Below are positions 19,321-33,700 of a DNA stretch of 64,000 nucleotides, piece after piece (the first letter of the stretch is position 1; each line of letters opens with the position of its first letter). Both the position numbers and the translations under genes were made by a program. This stretch comes from Lingula anatina (Eukaryota > Animalia > Brachiopoda), in assembly GCA_051362555.1 (NCBI GenBank), contig CM120642.1:24800001-24864000 (forward strand). Reading direction: 5' to 3'. Below the pieces are notes generated by a model that was given only the letters and a program-made list of their open reading frames with translations, had not been told where the DNA came from and made no database searches.

Positions 19321-20802
19321 ATAATTAATTAATTCAATTTTTTATATGTTGTTTTTATTAATTGATCAATTTGGCATTATTTGATCGATTTATAGCATAA
19401 ATAATATATGTAAATCAAATATATAAACAAACTATATAATTGTACAATGGTACCCAAATATTTACATTAATTCTTTTCATTAATAATGCGGTAACAAGTA
19501 AGTTAACTTTGCCGTTTGCCGTTATATATTATATCACAGGCTTAGATATATTAAGTGCTAAGATCATTTTATAAGCCTGAATAAAACCTGATCTGCTTTT
19601 ATAGTTGTTACGTTATCTGTTTTATATTTATTTTGGATGAATATTCACGTCTTTGTTATATATTGAAGAAAGGTTTTATTTTCCCCAAGTATTTAATAAA
19701 TAAAACACGAAGAGTCATCATATCACTAATGAGCCATGCATGGCAATAAATCAACTAAATGATTATTCCAGCTTGCTTTCCTCTAACCGTGCCTGATTCA
19801 TAGTCAGTTGATACATGCATTAATTATATCCCTTGATGCACAAGCAACCTTCCGGGTTAGTCAAGTTTTTGAGTAATTGAATCATCCAATTTTAGGCACT
19901 AAATTATTTGGATGTCTTCTGTTCTCCAAAAAGCAGAGTTAATCCAGTTACAAAATTGTGTTAGTTGAGATTTCTTCGACAAATGGTTTTCTGTGTTAGC
20001 ATTTTCGTGTGTTAAGTTTTAACCTATATGATTGCTGAAAGCTGAATTTGAGTACAATTCTTTAAATATTTTTGCTACAACAAAAAAGAAAAATGAAATT
20101 GATGATCTGATTACAGCAGTGATAATGGAATTAACTGAGGAAGTGGCAGAATGTGTTTAAAATACAATGGAAATTATACATATACATATACATGTATCTC
20201 CAGCTGCCTCAGTAATTATCATATATGATAACTTTGTGAACAACTTGTGAAATCTGGTTGAAATCTAATTGCCTGTATCATATTTGATTTGACAGCAGTG
20301 ATAAAACATGAAGTTTATGGCCAGGTGCCCCTCCCTTGTGTCTACAACAGCTGAGCTCAATCAGAGTTTTGATGTTAAACTAGTCAAATAGTTGTCTGTC
20401 TTTTACAATGTATTTAGTCAATATTTTGTGGTTTGATATTTCAGTTTTTTAAATCTTAACATTCCTTTGAGTTGGTGATATTAAATGCACTGACAAAATT
20501 TTCAAATATTCACCAAACTCCTTCCCTTTAAATTGATTAATTGAATACACAAAAAATTGATTAATTTAGTGCAATGTGTGTGTATTGAGGGGAAAAATAT
20601 GAATGATTTCAGTTGCTGTAGGAGCAGCAGTTCAAATCTGTGGAACTTTGTGCACTGTTGGAAATACTACCTCTGATCTTTGAGACCAGTTTTGAATCTT
20701 TTAAAACAATATTGAAACACAAAAAGTGAACAAAACAATATGAAATAAGGCTTGATGATGAATTAATTTTGAATGTATATTAAAAAAGTAACTTTAAAAG
20801 TT

Positions 20803-20884
20803 GTGTGTGTATGTGTGTGTGTGTGTGTATGAAATGATATTTATTATATGAAGCAGAGAGAGAAAGAGAGAGAGAGAGAGAGAG
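20803..20884. repeat. (GT)n and (GA)n microsatellites
   Basis: Visible dinucleotide runs separated by a short spacer. Confidence 0.9.
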
Positions 20885-23180
20885 TCATTCCACCATGTAA
20901 TAATATGATGCCATTGATGAACTGGTAATATTATATATCTACCATCTTGTTATTGATCTTTCTTATGGGAACTGTTACAATTAGTACTTTCCAAGTAAAC
21001 TGACTATAACTTAAATTTATAGCTTGGATAATATGACATTATGTTGATTGGTCAGGAAAAGATAACCAGCAACTGCACTTTTGGGTGAGACCAACCTTGA
21101 TTAAAATCAATATTCCAAAATTATAGTTCTGCCTTCGATTTGTTTCATATTCATAACTTTCTGAAGGGCATTTGATATTGTAGTGGTTCTTTAGATGCCA
21201 AGACCATCTACCAAAGTATACACTTAATGTCGTTATTAAGTTTTTGGATCTGGTGATGGGTAATTGAAATAAATGATCAATATACAAGGAGATATGTATA
21301 TATTTTTTCATTTGCGTCATGAATACCAGATTTCATAATGGCATTGTAGGACAGGACTGGTTTGGAAATTGAACTTTCTGAAAGTCCATAATTACTGTAG
21401 GACATATTCCAAGTGAAATTTCAGAAAGTCCATACTTTTACTGTAGATTACACAGGTTTGGTTGTGTTATGCATCAGTAGGTAGAGCTTGTCTGGATTGA
21501 TCCCTTTTCAGGTTGGGACTTTAATATCAGACTATTTTATAATGTTTCATCTAAAATAATGTAGGTTTATGAAAAGAGAAGTCAGAAAAGAGAAATACTC
21601 CACGTACCTTCTGTTTGTAAGCCGATTTCTGTCACTGTCTGTGGCATTGTACTTGTACACAACAGAAATAAAAAAGTACTAGCTGAGAGTAGTTTAGTTG
21701 CTCATTTAATAAAGTGGATTTGGTCAATCACGTGGAAAATGTATGTGTAGGTGAATGTCAGTGTGTTATTTTTGTGTGGTATTCTAAAGAAAATGACTTA
21801 CTAGTAGGCTGATAATAGTGGTGGTGAGTTCAAAAGAGGTATTTTATAATTGACAGGTGGAAAGTGCCAGTTGTAGCTTTACAGCGTGCATGAGATCGAT
21901 ATGAAAAATGTACATGTTGAATGATGTGATAGTATTATTGTTTTTTATCTGATTTTTTAAGCAAATCATTATTTCAAGGGTTCAAAGTACCACTGGCTGT
22001 ATTACTTTGTAGAGCGAAGTAGATGGTAAAGACATGTACATCAATAACAATTAGTCCCTTTGTTTTGTGCTATTTTTTAAAGTAAATCTTTCAGTGTATA
22101 GCTGAATGATTAGAAAAGTGCCTGGAAGCAGTTGCTATTAAGGGGAAATTAACGTCAGCGTGTTGCATTATATGACGCGCAAGCATGTCATTTACTTTGA
22201 TTGCCATGTAAGAAACTGTTTATTAGCAAATTACACGTAAATAGGAACAGTAGTTAGACATACTGGTTGTAGTGTGTAGCAATATGTGGTGCTGCAGATG
22301 TTTTTGGGGCGAACGCCTAGATTTTCAGGATGCCAGAGGTAAATAAATTGCTTTTATGATGTATGGAAAGATCGCTCATTGATTGTGACTTTCTGTTGTC
22401 TGTTTAAGGTGCAAATACTGAGTGAAGAAGTCTAAGTTTTGCCAATGAAAGTGAAACAATAATTAGTGTAAATGTGATAAAGAAATTTAATTTTTTGACA
22501 TTATTATAATTAGGAAAACTGATCAGCAATTTAACTGAGAAACCACCTTATTTTCCCCCTTAATTTTCATAAATATTAAAAGAAAATTAATTTCAGCAGA
22601 ATAGTACTTTAACATCTTTAATTTTGAATCAAACAAATAAAACTGAATTGAACTTTTTTTATTTCATTGAATCAGAGACTAAATGTAAATCTCTTGCTGT
22701 GACGAAGGGCAGTGACAGCATGATGGGCAAAGGACACACCATGGGAAGGGAAATTAAGAAGGAAGGTAAGATAATTGTCTTTATTTCCCTGTTTGACATA
22801 CATGTAGAGGTGATGACTGCCATGCATGAAGAACCTGCTTGTTTTGATATACGTTGTCCCTGATTTAAAATAAAAAAGCAGTACATTTGAAATAAATGGT
22901 TTCCAATTCATTCAAATATTTCAGATACTACTGGAACTTACGGGTAGATGGCTACTAGCTAGTATGACTTTGTCTTTTTATTTTATTATTTTATTTATGG
23001 GTTTTGAATAAAACCACTAGTAGGTAGACATATTACTGGCAAAACAATAAGTGGTGTATTATGATCAAAATGGTTTCCAGGTCTACTCTTGAATGATGTT
23101 TTTGTGGCACAAACTGTATCTAAAAAGTTGCGGTAAACAAAGTTTTAGCTTAACAATATGCTTTTCGCTTACTTTCCTCA

Positions 23181-23333
23181 TTTTTAGCTATATAAAAATG
23201 AATTATTTATATAATTTGGGAAAAAATTCATAATGCACTGTTTGATGTATCAATTATCAATGATTGGTTTTCTTTCATACTTTTTAGCTGAATAAAAATG
23301 AATTATTTACAAGATTCAGGAAATACTTCATAA
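23181..23333. repeat. Diverged direct repeat of about 53 bp at 100-bp spacing
   Basis: TTTTTAGCT..ATAAAAATGAATTATTTA....ATT..GGAAA.A.TTCATAA at 23181 and 23281. Confidence 0.7.
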
Positions 23334-26300
23334 GCTGCAGGAGAATATTAGGCCTAAATGTCCAATTGCATATTTGTTGTACAATCTTATATAATGCAAT
23401 AGCCAAATGTGATTGCATTTAAGGTAATTAAGAGACTGGGCTGTAAACCTAATAAAATACATGTATAATATCAATGTAATCAAAATTAGTTTTTCTTCCA
23501 TGATGCACTAGCTTTAGACAATTTTAGACTGAAAACAGAGTCATTTAATATCATAGTCATTTTTGACAGAGTCTTGCTGGAACAGATTATATTGGCTACA
23601 TAACATGTTTCAATTACTTCAAACCTGATGAAGCCTTTTGATTTATTTCTGGCCTTGAAAAGTCTTGTGTTAATTACGACCGTGTCTTGAATTCTAGAAG
23701 TCCAGAAATTATGATTGATGAAAACAACTGATTATGACTTCCATCTTCAATAGAACATGTGATTAGGAATACATAATTGATTTGTAGAAGCTGTAGAAGT
23801 CTTTTTCATCTTTTTAAAGAGAAATAAATTGTCTGGAAGTCTGTGATTTGCATGGTTCTAATACAAATTCTGTCATACAAGCAGAGTTCATTTCCAAAAA
23901 GTGCAGGAAATTAAAAAGTGATTACACTGATTTCAAATAATTTCAGGCTGTGTGAGCTGCATAAAAATGATTTTACTGTAGTTACGAAGGAATGATGTAG
24001 AACTATTTTGTTCTTTTTTATGCAAATCCAAAGGAAATTAAAAAAACGGGCATTTCTCAATATGCTGTGTAGATATTGTAGAACGTACTTCTGCAAGAGT
24101 AGTTTTGAATAGAGGAATACCAGCCAAACCAGTATGCAGTACTTTGATCATATCAAAGTTGACAAGAATTTTTAGTTCTTTGTATGTTGTATTGTTTGTT
24201 TATTCATTGTTTTTTCTTTCTAAAAATGACCCATTTTCTATTGAGACACATGCGTGGGGATTGCATGACTAAAAATGTATTGTTTGGGTATATTTCCACA
24301 TGTTAAGTTCCCACTTGTTTGAAAAATTTCTTTTTTCAAAGACCTATAAAGACGTTTATGAAATATGATCCCTGAAAAATAAGATGGAATTCAAACTGTA
24401 TTAAGAAGAAAGACCCCCCTCAAAAAAAAAAGTCTGTGACTTGGACATAAAAAATGTATAAACTGGTAGCAGTATCTGAAGTAACGAGTGGAAAAGATTT
24501 TTTTTATTTCATCTCTGATAGTAATTCATGGATATTTTCTAGCCAGTGGAATGAGAAATTTTCTAGAGAGATTAACTGAGGTCTTTCAATAGAGTTATGT
24601 GAGCATGAATGTATATGTTACAATAGCTCAGTGAAAGATTTGATTTAATATCTCCGTTTTGTCCTTAATCAACATCATTTCATCCCTTGTTTGAACATGT
24701 TCAATCAGTTGATAAATGGGAGCTGCCAGTCATTCTTTTTCATTCGTGGTATATTATATTTGATTAATGGGAATAGAGCAATGAATAGAGAGACATGCAG
24801 AGAAAAAGGGGTAGTGGGAGGGGGAGAGATATGCATATGTATACAGAGGAAGGGGGTTAAGAGGCACTGAAGGAGAGAGAACTCAGATGTGATTTTTAAT
24901 TGCATTGCTGAGGGTGTAGGACAGGTTTAGGGACATCACTTAATATGCCCTACATATGTATATAGATATGGAAAGACCACATGGAGTGGCTAGGAAGTAT
25001 AAAATCTAATTTGTGATCCAAATGACTTTGAATTTTACCTTGATGAAAACTGAAGAGTGTTTTTTTTTTATCTCAAGATTGGTAATATATTGCTGAAAAT
25101 TGACCTTAAGCATGGCACCAGTAGGTACATTTCGGGATCTATATTATTATACTATTTTGACAAAAATAAAAAACATTTAAAAATTGAAAAAAAAAATCAT
25201 TGAAGGCAGGGGGTATTACTAACAAATTGGTATTACGGATGTGGTTAACCCTGAGCACTGTGAGGCAGAAAAAATAATGAACTGAAAAGCAAAGTGAACA
25301 TTTCTGCTAGAAAGTTAATGAACGTCTGCTGGTCTTAATAGCATAAGCAAAGAAGAAATGACTTACCATGTGGAAAGATCATTACGGTAATTACGCACAA
25401 TATTCGAACACTTCACTGATTCCAAACAATGAATTATCAAAAGATGGGTCATTTCTGGTTACTAAAGAAAAACAAACTTTCTTGCTGTTATTCAGAATTA
25501 TGATTATTCCAAATGTGTATTAAGAAACAATGCCTCATCATGGAAAGTAAGTTTAACTAATTTTGTTAAAAAATTAGTGAGTAATCATGGTGATCAGTTT
25601 TGTAAGTTGAGTCATGTAGCAGTTTTAACTCTATTGGTCTTGATGGGGGGTTCAAGTACCAAGTTTATGTGATGATTTTTCTGAGAATAAAGGGCTTGTG
25701 ATATTTTCATTTTTGGGGGGGGGGGGGAGTGGGGCAGCTGATGGCTTTTCTTTTGCAAGGGGAAGGGGCCTGTGATATTTGGGGAAGGGGCCTGTGATAT
25801 TTTTTTCTTTTCTTTTTTTTTGGGGGGTGGGGGGTGGGAGGGGGAGCTTATGACAATTTTTCATTTTGGTGGGAGAAGAGACTGGTGATATATGAATGGA
25901 TTTTTGGTTTCATTATTCTACTGCAACATTTCAAAAAAATGAAATGGAGAAGTCTGAATAGATATTACAGCCCAGTTTCATATGACATAAATTTAATATA
26001 ATCTAGTGTCTATATTTAGGTTAAGTAGTGTATTCACTTTTACCAGAGTTTGTCACCAGGTGGTTTCAAAGTCCACGTATGATCATGATAAGATGAAACA
26101 AACATGTTTATTTTGCATCATAGGTTATACAAGGACGTATAATAAACGTCCTTGGTTTATCGTACTATAACCTTTCTCACAATTATTGAAGAAGTCTCTC
26201 CCCCCCCATAAAGTTTCATAATTTTTTATGAGATTTGTGTTATAAAATCAAAAAGTTCAAAGTAAGATTGACAAGAGAAACCATTGCAATTGATTAACCG

Positions 26301-27519
26301 AGTCTTATAAAATTTCACCAGCTGTTGCTTACGAAATTGCACAACATTGTTCTAGAAATCATGAACACATTTGCTATTGATAAAGGCACATTTCATCCCA
26401 TAATACAAACACATCTTAAAATAAACTGATTAAAGATTATTACCGCACACATAACCTCTTTCCACATCCCTATACGTTCCATTAATAGCTACTTTCATGT
26501 CAGTGAATGTGCATATTTTATGGTCTGGGCCACATATTAAAAAAATACTGTTTCCATAACATGTATACACAGGTGTTACTGACATTTATGCTTTTTCTTT
26601 AGCCGCATGCCGTATTGTATTGTGTTATGTGCATTAATTGTGAAAATATTGTGGATAATACAGCAGCCTTGCTCAAGGTAAATTGCATAGTAGTGGGAAA
26701 AGGACCCCCGTTACTTCTTTCATACATTTAGTTAACCTAAATTCACTGGTTCTTTGGGAGATCAATACTGATCAATACATGGTCAGATCAGTACCAATCA
26801 GTTTTGGAAAAGATCAATACTTATTGGCATTGAAAAGAAATAACTGTGTTCCTCTGGATCTTGCAATGGGTAAGTTTTATTCAACATTTATTATTAATAG
26901 CATTTTTCAAAATATAACAGTTTGCTTGCCTTTATAGCTAGTAGGGTATATTATATGTGTCATAGATACTGTAAAAGTACTAGTAGAAGTACAGTAGCAG
27001 TGCACATGTTTGGAAATGGTCTTAAATTTCATTTATCAGTTAATTGCAGGTGAAATGTTTGCTGTGGCTCTTACTGAATGAAATAAACTACCATTGTCCA
27101 AATCACCTAGGTGCACATTTTATGTATAATTAAGCACTTAACAAGATTATGTTTTGTTGTTCTGTTTTTATTGGTCCCAGACTAGGTCCCTGTTAAGTTA
27201 TTACAGGAATCACAAAGGCACCATTTATGTGTAATTTGTGCAGACATCGTGTTTTTTGTAGATAAGTTTATCCATATCAAGAGAAACATTTATAACTTAT
27301 TACATGCCTATATTTCAATTGATTGATTCTGTAGACTAACAGGTACAGGAACACTGTAAGTCAGATCATGTTTGAAGTTCCTATCAGCTAGAATCCACCA
27401 TGTATTTTTAGAGGAGAATTGATAAAATATATGAACATGATGACAAAGCATTTGGGCAATTTACAACATCTGCTTAAGTTGTTCTTTATGTTGCCTTGGT
27501 AGTGGAGTATAAAAGCTAA

Positions 27520-27778
27520 GATCCCATTCTTATATGTAGATCGATCTAGCAGGATCGACCCATCTCCGAGGCATTTCTCGCTAAAGTGGTTTCAGCTTAA
27601 GTGGCTCTGATGTCTGCCACGCCTACTGAAACTGTTAGGGTAATTAACTGTCGTTTAGCAGCTTTAGTAGGCATGCCACACATCTAAGCCACTTTAGCTG
27701 AAAGCAGTTTAAATTAGCGAGAAACCTCTCGGAGATGGGTTGATCCTGTTAGATCGATCTAGGTATGGGAATGGGGTC
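27520..27778. mobile_element. Fold-back MITE with TAA target duplication (PIF/Harbinger, Tourist-like)
   Basis: TAA|GATCCCATTC...TAGATCGATCTAGCAGGATCGACCCATCTCCGAG ... CTCGGAGATGGGTTGATCCTGTTAGATCGATCTA...GAATGGGGTC|TAA. The imperfect inverted repeat spans nearly the whole length. Confidence 0.8.
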
Positions 27779-30700
27779 TAAGGTAATGTTTGATTACTTA
27801 GCACTAGACAACCAGAGGCAGGAAAAATGTAGTGTGAAAAAGGATATGCTGTTGTGGACTTAGTCTGGGTAAATGTAAAACCTGATACGTACTGTCTTCT
27901 TTGCAGGTATAAACTTTGGTGTTGATTTCCTCCCAACTCCTTACACAAAGCTTAAATTAAACTAAACATGTTGGGTCCTAAGCTTAAGTGATCAGAATGT
28001 TAATTACAGTTTTAACATGTAATACATTGTCTTTTGGTATTGATTAAGCTTATGCATGAGAGAGAGAGAGAGAGGGGGGGGGATTGAGAATACGTCAAAC
28101 CAGTAGTAAGAGTAAAATAATCCAAGATTTGTACTAGTTGTGATCAGGTTTTTTCAAATTTGTCAAAAAAAAAAAAAAAAAAAATAGATGGCTAAGCATA
28201 TATTAACTTGATTCTCAAAGTTGCAGCTGGTATCTTATTTATATTCGAGACAGGTCCTGAACTTTGAGTGGGCCTTCTAGGGCTAGAAAGACACTCTTTG
28301 TCTGGCAGACAATACCCTATATCCGGTCCAGAACCAGATCCTTTTAAAGGCTCATCTGCAGGAATGTAACTGACATATTAAGCACAATGAATTATTTAAA
28401 TTATTTGGAGAATGCTCTTATTCACTTGAACCTGTGACAAAAGTTTTTTTTTAGAAAATCTGTTTAGGACTTAATGAATTTCATGAGGTTTGGTTACTGG
28501 AAAAAGACGAGGCGTTACTACATATACAATTGGTTTTAGATAGTTGTATGATTGCATTGAAAAGCAATCATCCAGAGGATGCTTGGGAATACAGAGGAAA
28601 CGGGCTAAATTCCTATACAGCAATTTTGCATTATAGTTCATGCAGTTTTTAAGGTGCTTATAATGTCTTTGATAAAAAATAGCAGTTTTGATGCTGACCA
28701 TCTTAATTTTTGAGAAAAGAAATAAGTGTATATATTCTCACAAATTTGCTAGTCTTCGAAATGAGACTTAAATGAAATTATGATACATATATTGCTGTTC
28801 AATTGCTGACAGTATTCAAGTGAATAACCAAATCTTATCTCAGTTACACATTTTGATGTACACACTTCATTACAAGAGAACATATAGTTACCTGTACCCA
28901 GTACATGTATCAATTAAGCTTCTTCATTTTGAAATTAAAATCATTTATGAGGAGAGTCGTATTAAGTCATTTAGCAACACCCTAATGCTAATAACAATGA
29001 AGTTAGTTTCCAGTAAACTCCAAAATTTAGGGTGACAAGCAATTATTTGCACCCCTTCCCCCAAAATGTCTCGATTGTGCTTCTTGAAATATTACTCCAT
29101 AGTCATGCCTTTTTATTTAGTCTAGTAAAGCCTCAGGCCTACAACTTCTTAAATTATGTTTTGACTCCCGAATGTGACATTTCTTATTCTATAACTGCAT
29201 TTTGATTGATGAGCACTCAGTTGCCTTAGTTGACCTTTGGTTGACCTCATTCCCCGTGAGGTCAAAGAGAGAACCTTAGGATGTCGTCTGCTTTCTAAGC
29301 TACATGATTTATATTGCCTGTTTGGTACTTCATGACCCATTGTCATCTGATTCTTTAATTTCTGGGTGCATCAATTTTGATTATTTTAGAATAAAAGTTG
29401 ATTTCTTTCAGCACTCGTCAAAAGGCTATCATAGGGTTTCAGATATCACCTGTTTCTTTTGATAAAAATCTTTTGTGAGGTTGGAAGTGTGCTAATGGAC
29501 GGGTGTTTTGAAGACAACATGACAGCGAAGTCTGTCTGGGGATAACTGGATAGTTGATGATGGATTAGTCTGTTGTAGAAATTCAGGTTAGGCAGTGAAA
29601 ACCTGCATGAAACTTCCTTAAGAATTAGCAATTACACTGCAAATGATGTGCTGGCATTTCTCACTCAGGCAGAGAAATAAAGGTTTCCCTATAAATAAAT
29701 AAACCATTTTTTTGCATTTTAGTTTTAAATTTAAAGTTGTATAACATAAACATCTAAACACTAAATTCTATCAAGTGTATGGCTCGGTTTTGTAATATAT
29801 ATATATATAACTGAAATGTAAAAATAGATAGAGACTAGAGTTATTTAGTTTTTTTTAAATCCTGTCTAAAATGTATGCTGCATGTAGTTCATTAAAAATA
29901 GATTTTTATCAATTAAAATATGTCAACATCAATAAAACAATAAAACATTGTGTCTTGTACAATGATGGTTATTCAAGAATGAAACGTCATGTCTCATGAG
30001 TAAAAAAAAAACATATAGTCTCTGATTCTTTGCAACACAAAATACACACTTTCAAGGATTACTCTGTTTCACCCTGGCCTTCAGAGTGATTTCTGTAGAG
30101 ATTGTACATGCACTAGAACTCAGATGTGTCATAATCAACACTCAGGGACTCGGGGCTACTATTTTGCCTCCAAGAAGACTCCTCAAGAGCTTTAATTAAA
30201 AAACAGCATGAAATTTCAAAGACTGCTCCTATAACAAAATATGAATGGATGCATGGTATTTGCTCTCCTGTGGGGATCTGCATGCCTTTATAAAATGTAA
30301 ACCTTTTCTGGGTGACTCATGATAAGAATTTTGCTTTACATCAGTATGGGAAATGTGTTGATGGGAAAAGATTTAAATCTCACATTTTTAAGTGGAGCTT
30401 TTCTTTTTTTCTGTATGCAGGTTTTCTTTTTCACATAACTCAGTGAGGAAGGGGTGAAAAGGGTTAAACATTAGCATCTACATTTTATTTTGTTTGGTTG
30501 GCAACAGTTTAGACTTCACATTTTAAAGGCAGAGTGCTGTGTTTTAGAGGCAGGTGGACTCGTGGAGGGAAGGTAGTATTGCAGAAAAAAACATGTTTTT
30601 AGCCTGTGTATTAGCTAGTGTATTCAACCTGTTGTAAAGATTACAAAACTGTGTTATGTATTTCTTATCTGGCAATAAATCATGGGCTGTGGGTTCGACT

Positions 30701-33700
30701 GACAAGTCTCTCAGCTTTCCACTTGTACAACTTGTCTGATTTTTTTCTTTCTTTTTATTTTACATCCTTTAACCCTCTGATATGGTCATCAGCTCGTGCA
30801 CTTTAGTCATTAAGATAATATTAAGTCAATGAGCCCCTTTTTTAAGTAGCAGTGATTTGTAGCCATTTCGAAATAGATTTACATCTCCACCCCTTTTCAC
30901 TTTGAAGTTGAGAAGTTACAGAGAGATATGAGCAGCTGACATGAGATTTGATCACCACTTTATTTGTTAGATCAGAGTGCATCTTTACAAGAAGAACTCT
31001 TTGGGAGAGATTAAAAATATTTGTGTACAGTGAAAGATGGAGTGTATAATTTTGTTCAATATACTGATTTGTTATAAAGTTGTGCATATATATAGAAGTG
31101 CTTATCATATATATTTTGAAGATTTTATTTTGGAGTTTTCAACTCTAAGCAGAAAAAATTGCCAGACATGCTTTTGCTTGGGGTTGTACAGTTTTTTTCT
31201 TTTCCATTTTTTTATGATTTCACTCTGCATGATTACATGCAGTTTTTTTAAACATTTTATTTCGGAAAGCTTAACCGGGAAGGGGAGCACATGTGATTGT
31301 GACCATTACATGCTGATGTATTGTAGTCATTTTGGCTCTAAAGTTACTTTCCTCACAAGTGTCACTCTATTGTTACTTGTAATAACATGACAAATTATTT
31401 TTGTTTGTTAAAAAAAACTGATTTGTTTGCAGCCTGTGGAAACCATCTTCAAGCTAGGGTGGATTCACTGTAGCAGTAGGAAATGTTGTATTGAGAATTA
31501 TACAATAGTATGCACACTCAATTATAATATGATTTATGTATCATTTTACAAATATGACAGTGTTAGTTAACATTGAGTGTTGACACATTAGAGGAATAGT
31601 TAAAGGGTTACATGGTTCAAGATCTCACTAATAGCAGGTGACAGCAGATGACATGGTGACACATGACAAGCTGAGTTGGAATGACAGATGGCAATTAAGC
31701 CAAGTCTCATGGAAAAGATGACATAACTGAACAAGTGATCCAAAGTGAAAAAAGTTTAAGCAGTTGTTATTTTCTTGGCATTTGACAGTTTGATGAATGT
31801 GAAAAGTAGCAACATATTTTAGATACAAGTAAATAACAGTATGTACCAAGGAAGTAAGTAAAAATTCCACGCTTGTATTTGTAATTGCTCTTGTGACTTT
31901 GTCATAAATTGTATGTCTTTAAAGTCAGATATGATTAGCAACATGTTGTATCCTTGAGGCTAATTGTCGCATGTACAAAAGCATGCTAGTTTAATGTTTT
32001 TCTCTGATGTCGCTGTGAAGGGAGCTTTTATGAGGGTGATAATGGGGAATTCTAATAGCTGATGCGTGAATTTAAATAACATTAACGAGTTCCACCTCTG
32101 GCAGGAAATGGGGGATGTTTTGGAGTCAACTACAGGTGTAATTCATCACACCTTAACCTGTGTAATTTAATACAAGTGTTCATCTACGTAAAACTGCTCC
32201 TTTTTACCAACTTTATTTTTTTATTGTAGAGAATTTTCGAGGTAATCAAGGTATTAGTTGTATTAGCAGACATAACAACACTTACCCAAAAAATACTGTC
32301 AATTTATATTCCCTTTCTGTTTTATTTTATTTATTCTCTTTCTCTGTTTCTTATTTTTTTCAAATGTTCAACAGAAGTATATTTTGTTTATATTTTTACT
32401 GTTATAGAAATAATGCATATGCAAGAATCAATTTATATTAAAATGAACTATTAAAAGATACATATAAACACTTAAGTCTTCAACAAACTGTACAGTACTT
32501 CTGCCAATGTTAGCCTCTCCAAAATAGGATGCTGCAAATAAAATGATGAAGTATGGGCTTACAGTATGTCGCCCTTTTACATGCCTTGCTTCCTATTTGC
32601 TCAGTCAAGCATGTAGAGAGAGGGTGAGAAAGATTTCGAGAGTCACCCAGGTACTGGCTGGTCTCGGAGTGAGACGGGGTGAAGAGATGAACAGATAAGG
32701 AAGCATAGTTGAGCTTTAATGCTTAGTATTTTGGCTGGTTACTGATACGCCCACCTCGAAGGATCCAGCTGAACTTGAAGTAAGAAGAAGCCAAAGTTAA
32801 TTTTTAGAACAGGAAAACGGTCTTGAATTTAGTTCCTATGGTTTTATCTTTTGCTGTGCTGTCAGGGACACCTTCAAGGCATCTTGTCGTTAATTTTTTG
32901 GATAAGTTACCCTGCCTGTGCTACTCTTATGTGACACATGGGGAGAAGTTACAAAATTTGACTGATTATTAGGATAGAAGCAACTTCTACAGCCCAGGAA
33001 TAAGACCTATGGATTTTGTCCAAAGTTAGATGCTGCTCAGGCTGTTGACACTTCATACCCTTGTGATTTCAAACATAGATTTATTGAAGATTTGGTTTCA
33101 TTATCTTGTCTACACTCACGTTTGATAGCCCAATGACCTCTGTACCATGGGTCAGTGCACTGACCAGTCAGTCTGTCCACTCAGATGACAGGATGACCAA
33201 CTATTGGAGAAAAATACTGTGATTGCAGTGATTTAATGTCTACTTCATACAATACAGAGTGGTGTGGGGAATCCATGTAAAAGTGTCAGGATTAATCTAG
33301 AGGCCAGTGGGTTTATTGCAGTACTTAACAGATTCAGGCAGGGGGACTGTTTAAGTTTTTTAAAATGGTAAGGATACCCTAATATTTTCTCAGCTGTGGT
33401 ACATCGGGACAGTTTCTAAGAATGAAACCAAGAATCAGTTTGTTAATTTGTTGATGAATTGCCTTAAGAAGTCCTGAAATCCAGGGTGTAGCTCAGTGTC
33501 AACTTAACTAGGCAGATAGAAGATAGATAACATATACTGACAGACCTCCTGGCTAGTTTGATTTTTTTGCACATCCTGACATTGATATGGTTTATCAAGA
33601 TGTGAGAGTTCATTTGAGGACAACTTTGAAACCACTGGCAACATAAAGTAACATAAGATAAATAAAAAAAATACTTGGCATTTGAAGTGAATTTACCTGC

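Noticed and set aside
25690-25895. G-rich degenerate repeats (GGGCCTGTGATATTT) and the Pro/Lys-rich ORF 25652-25864
   Set aside because: Low-complexity repeat with no regular spacers and no coding signal.
33360-33375. AAAATG|GTAAGG as an alternative first coding exon
   Set aside because: Splicing it to 41635 would give ATG AGC CTG TGA, out of frame with the SAM domain. There is no other support, though a non-coding alternative exon is possible.
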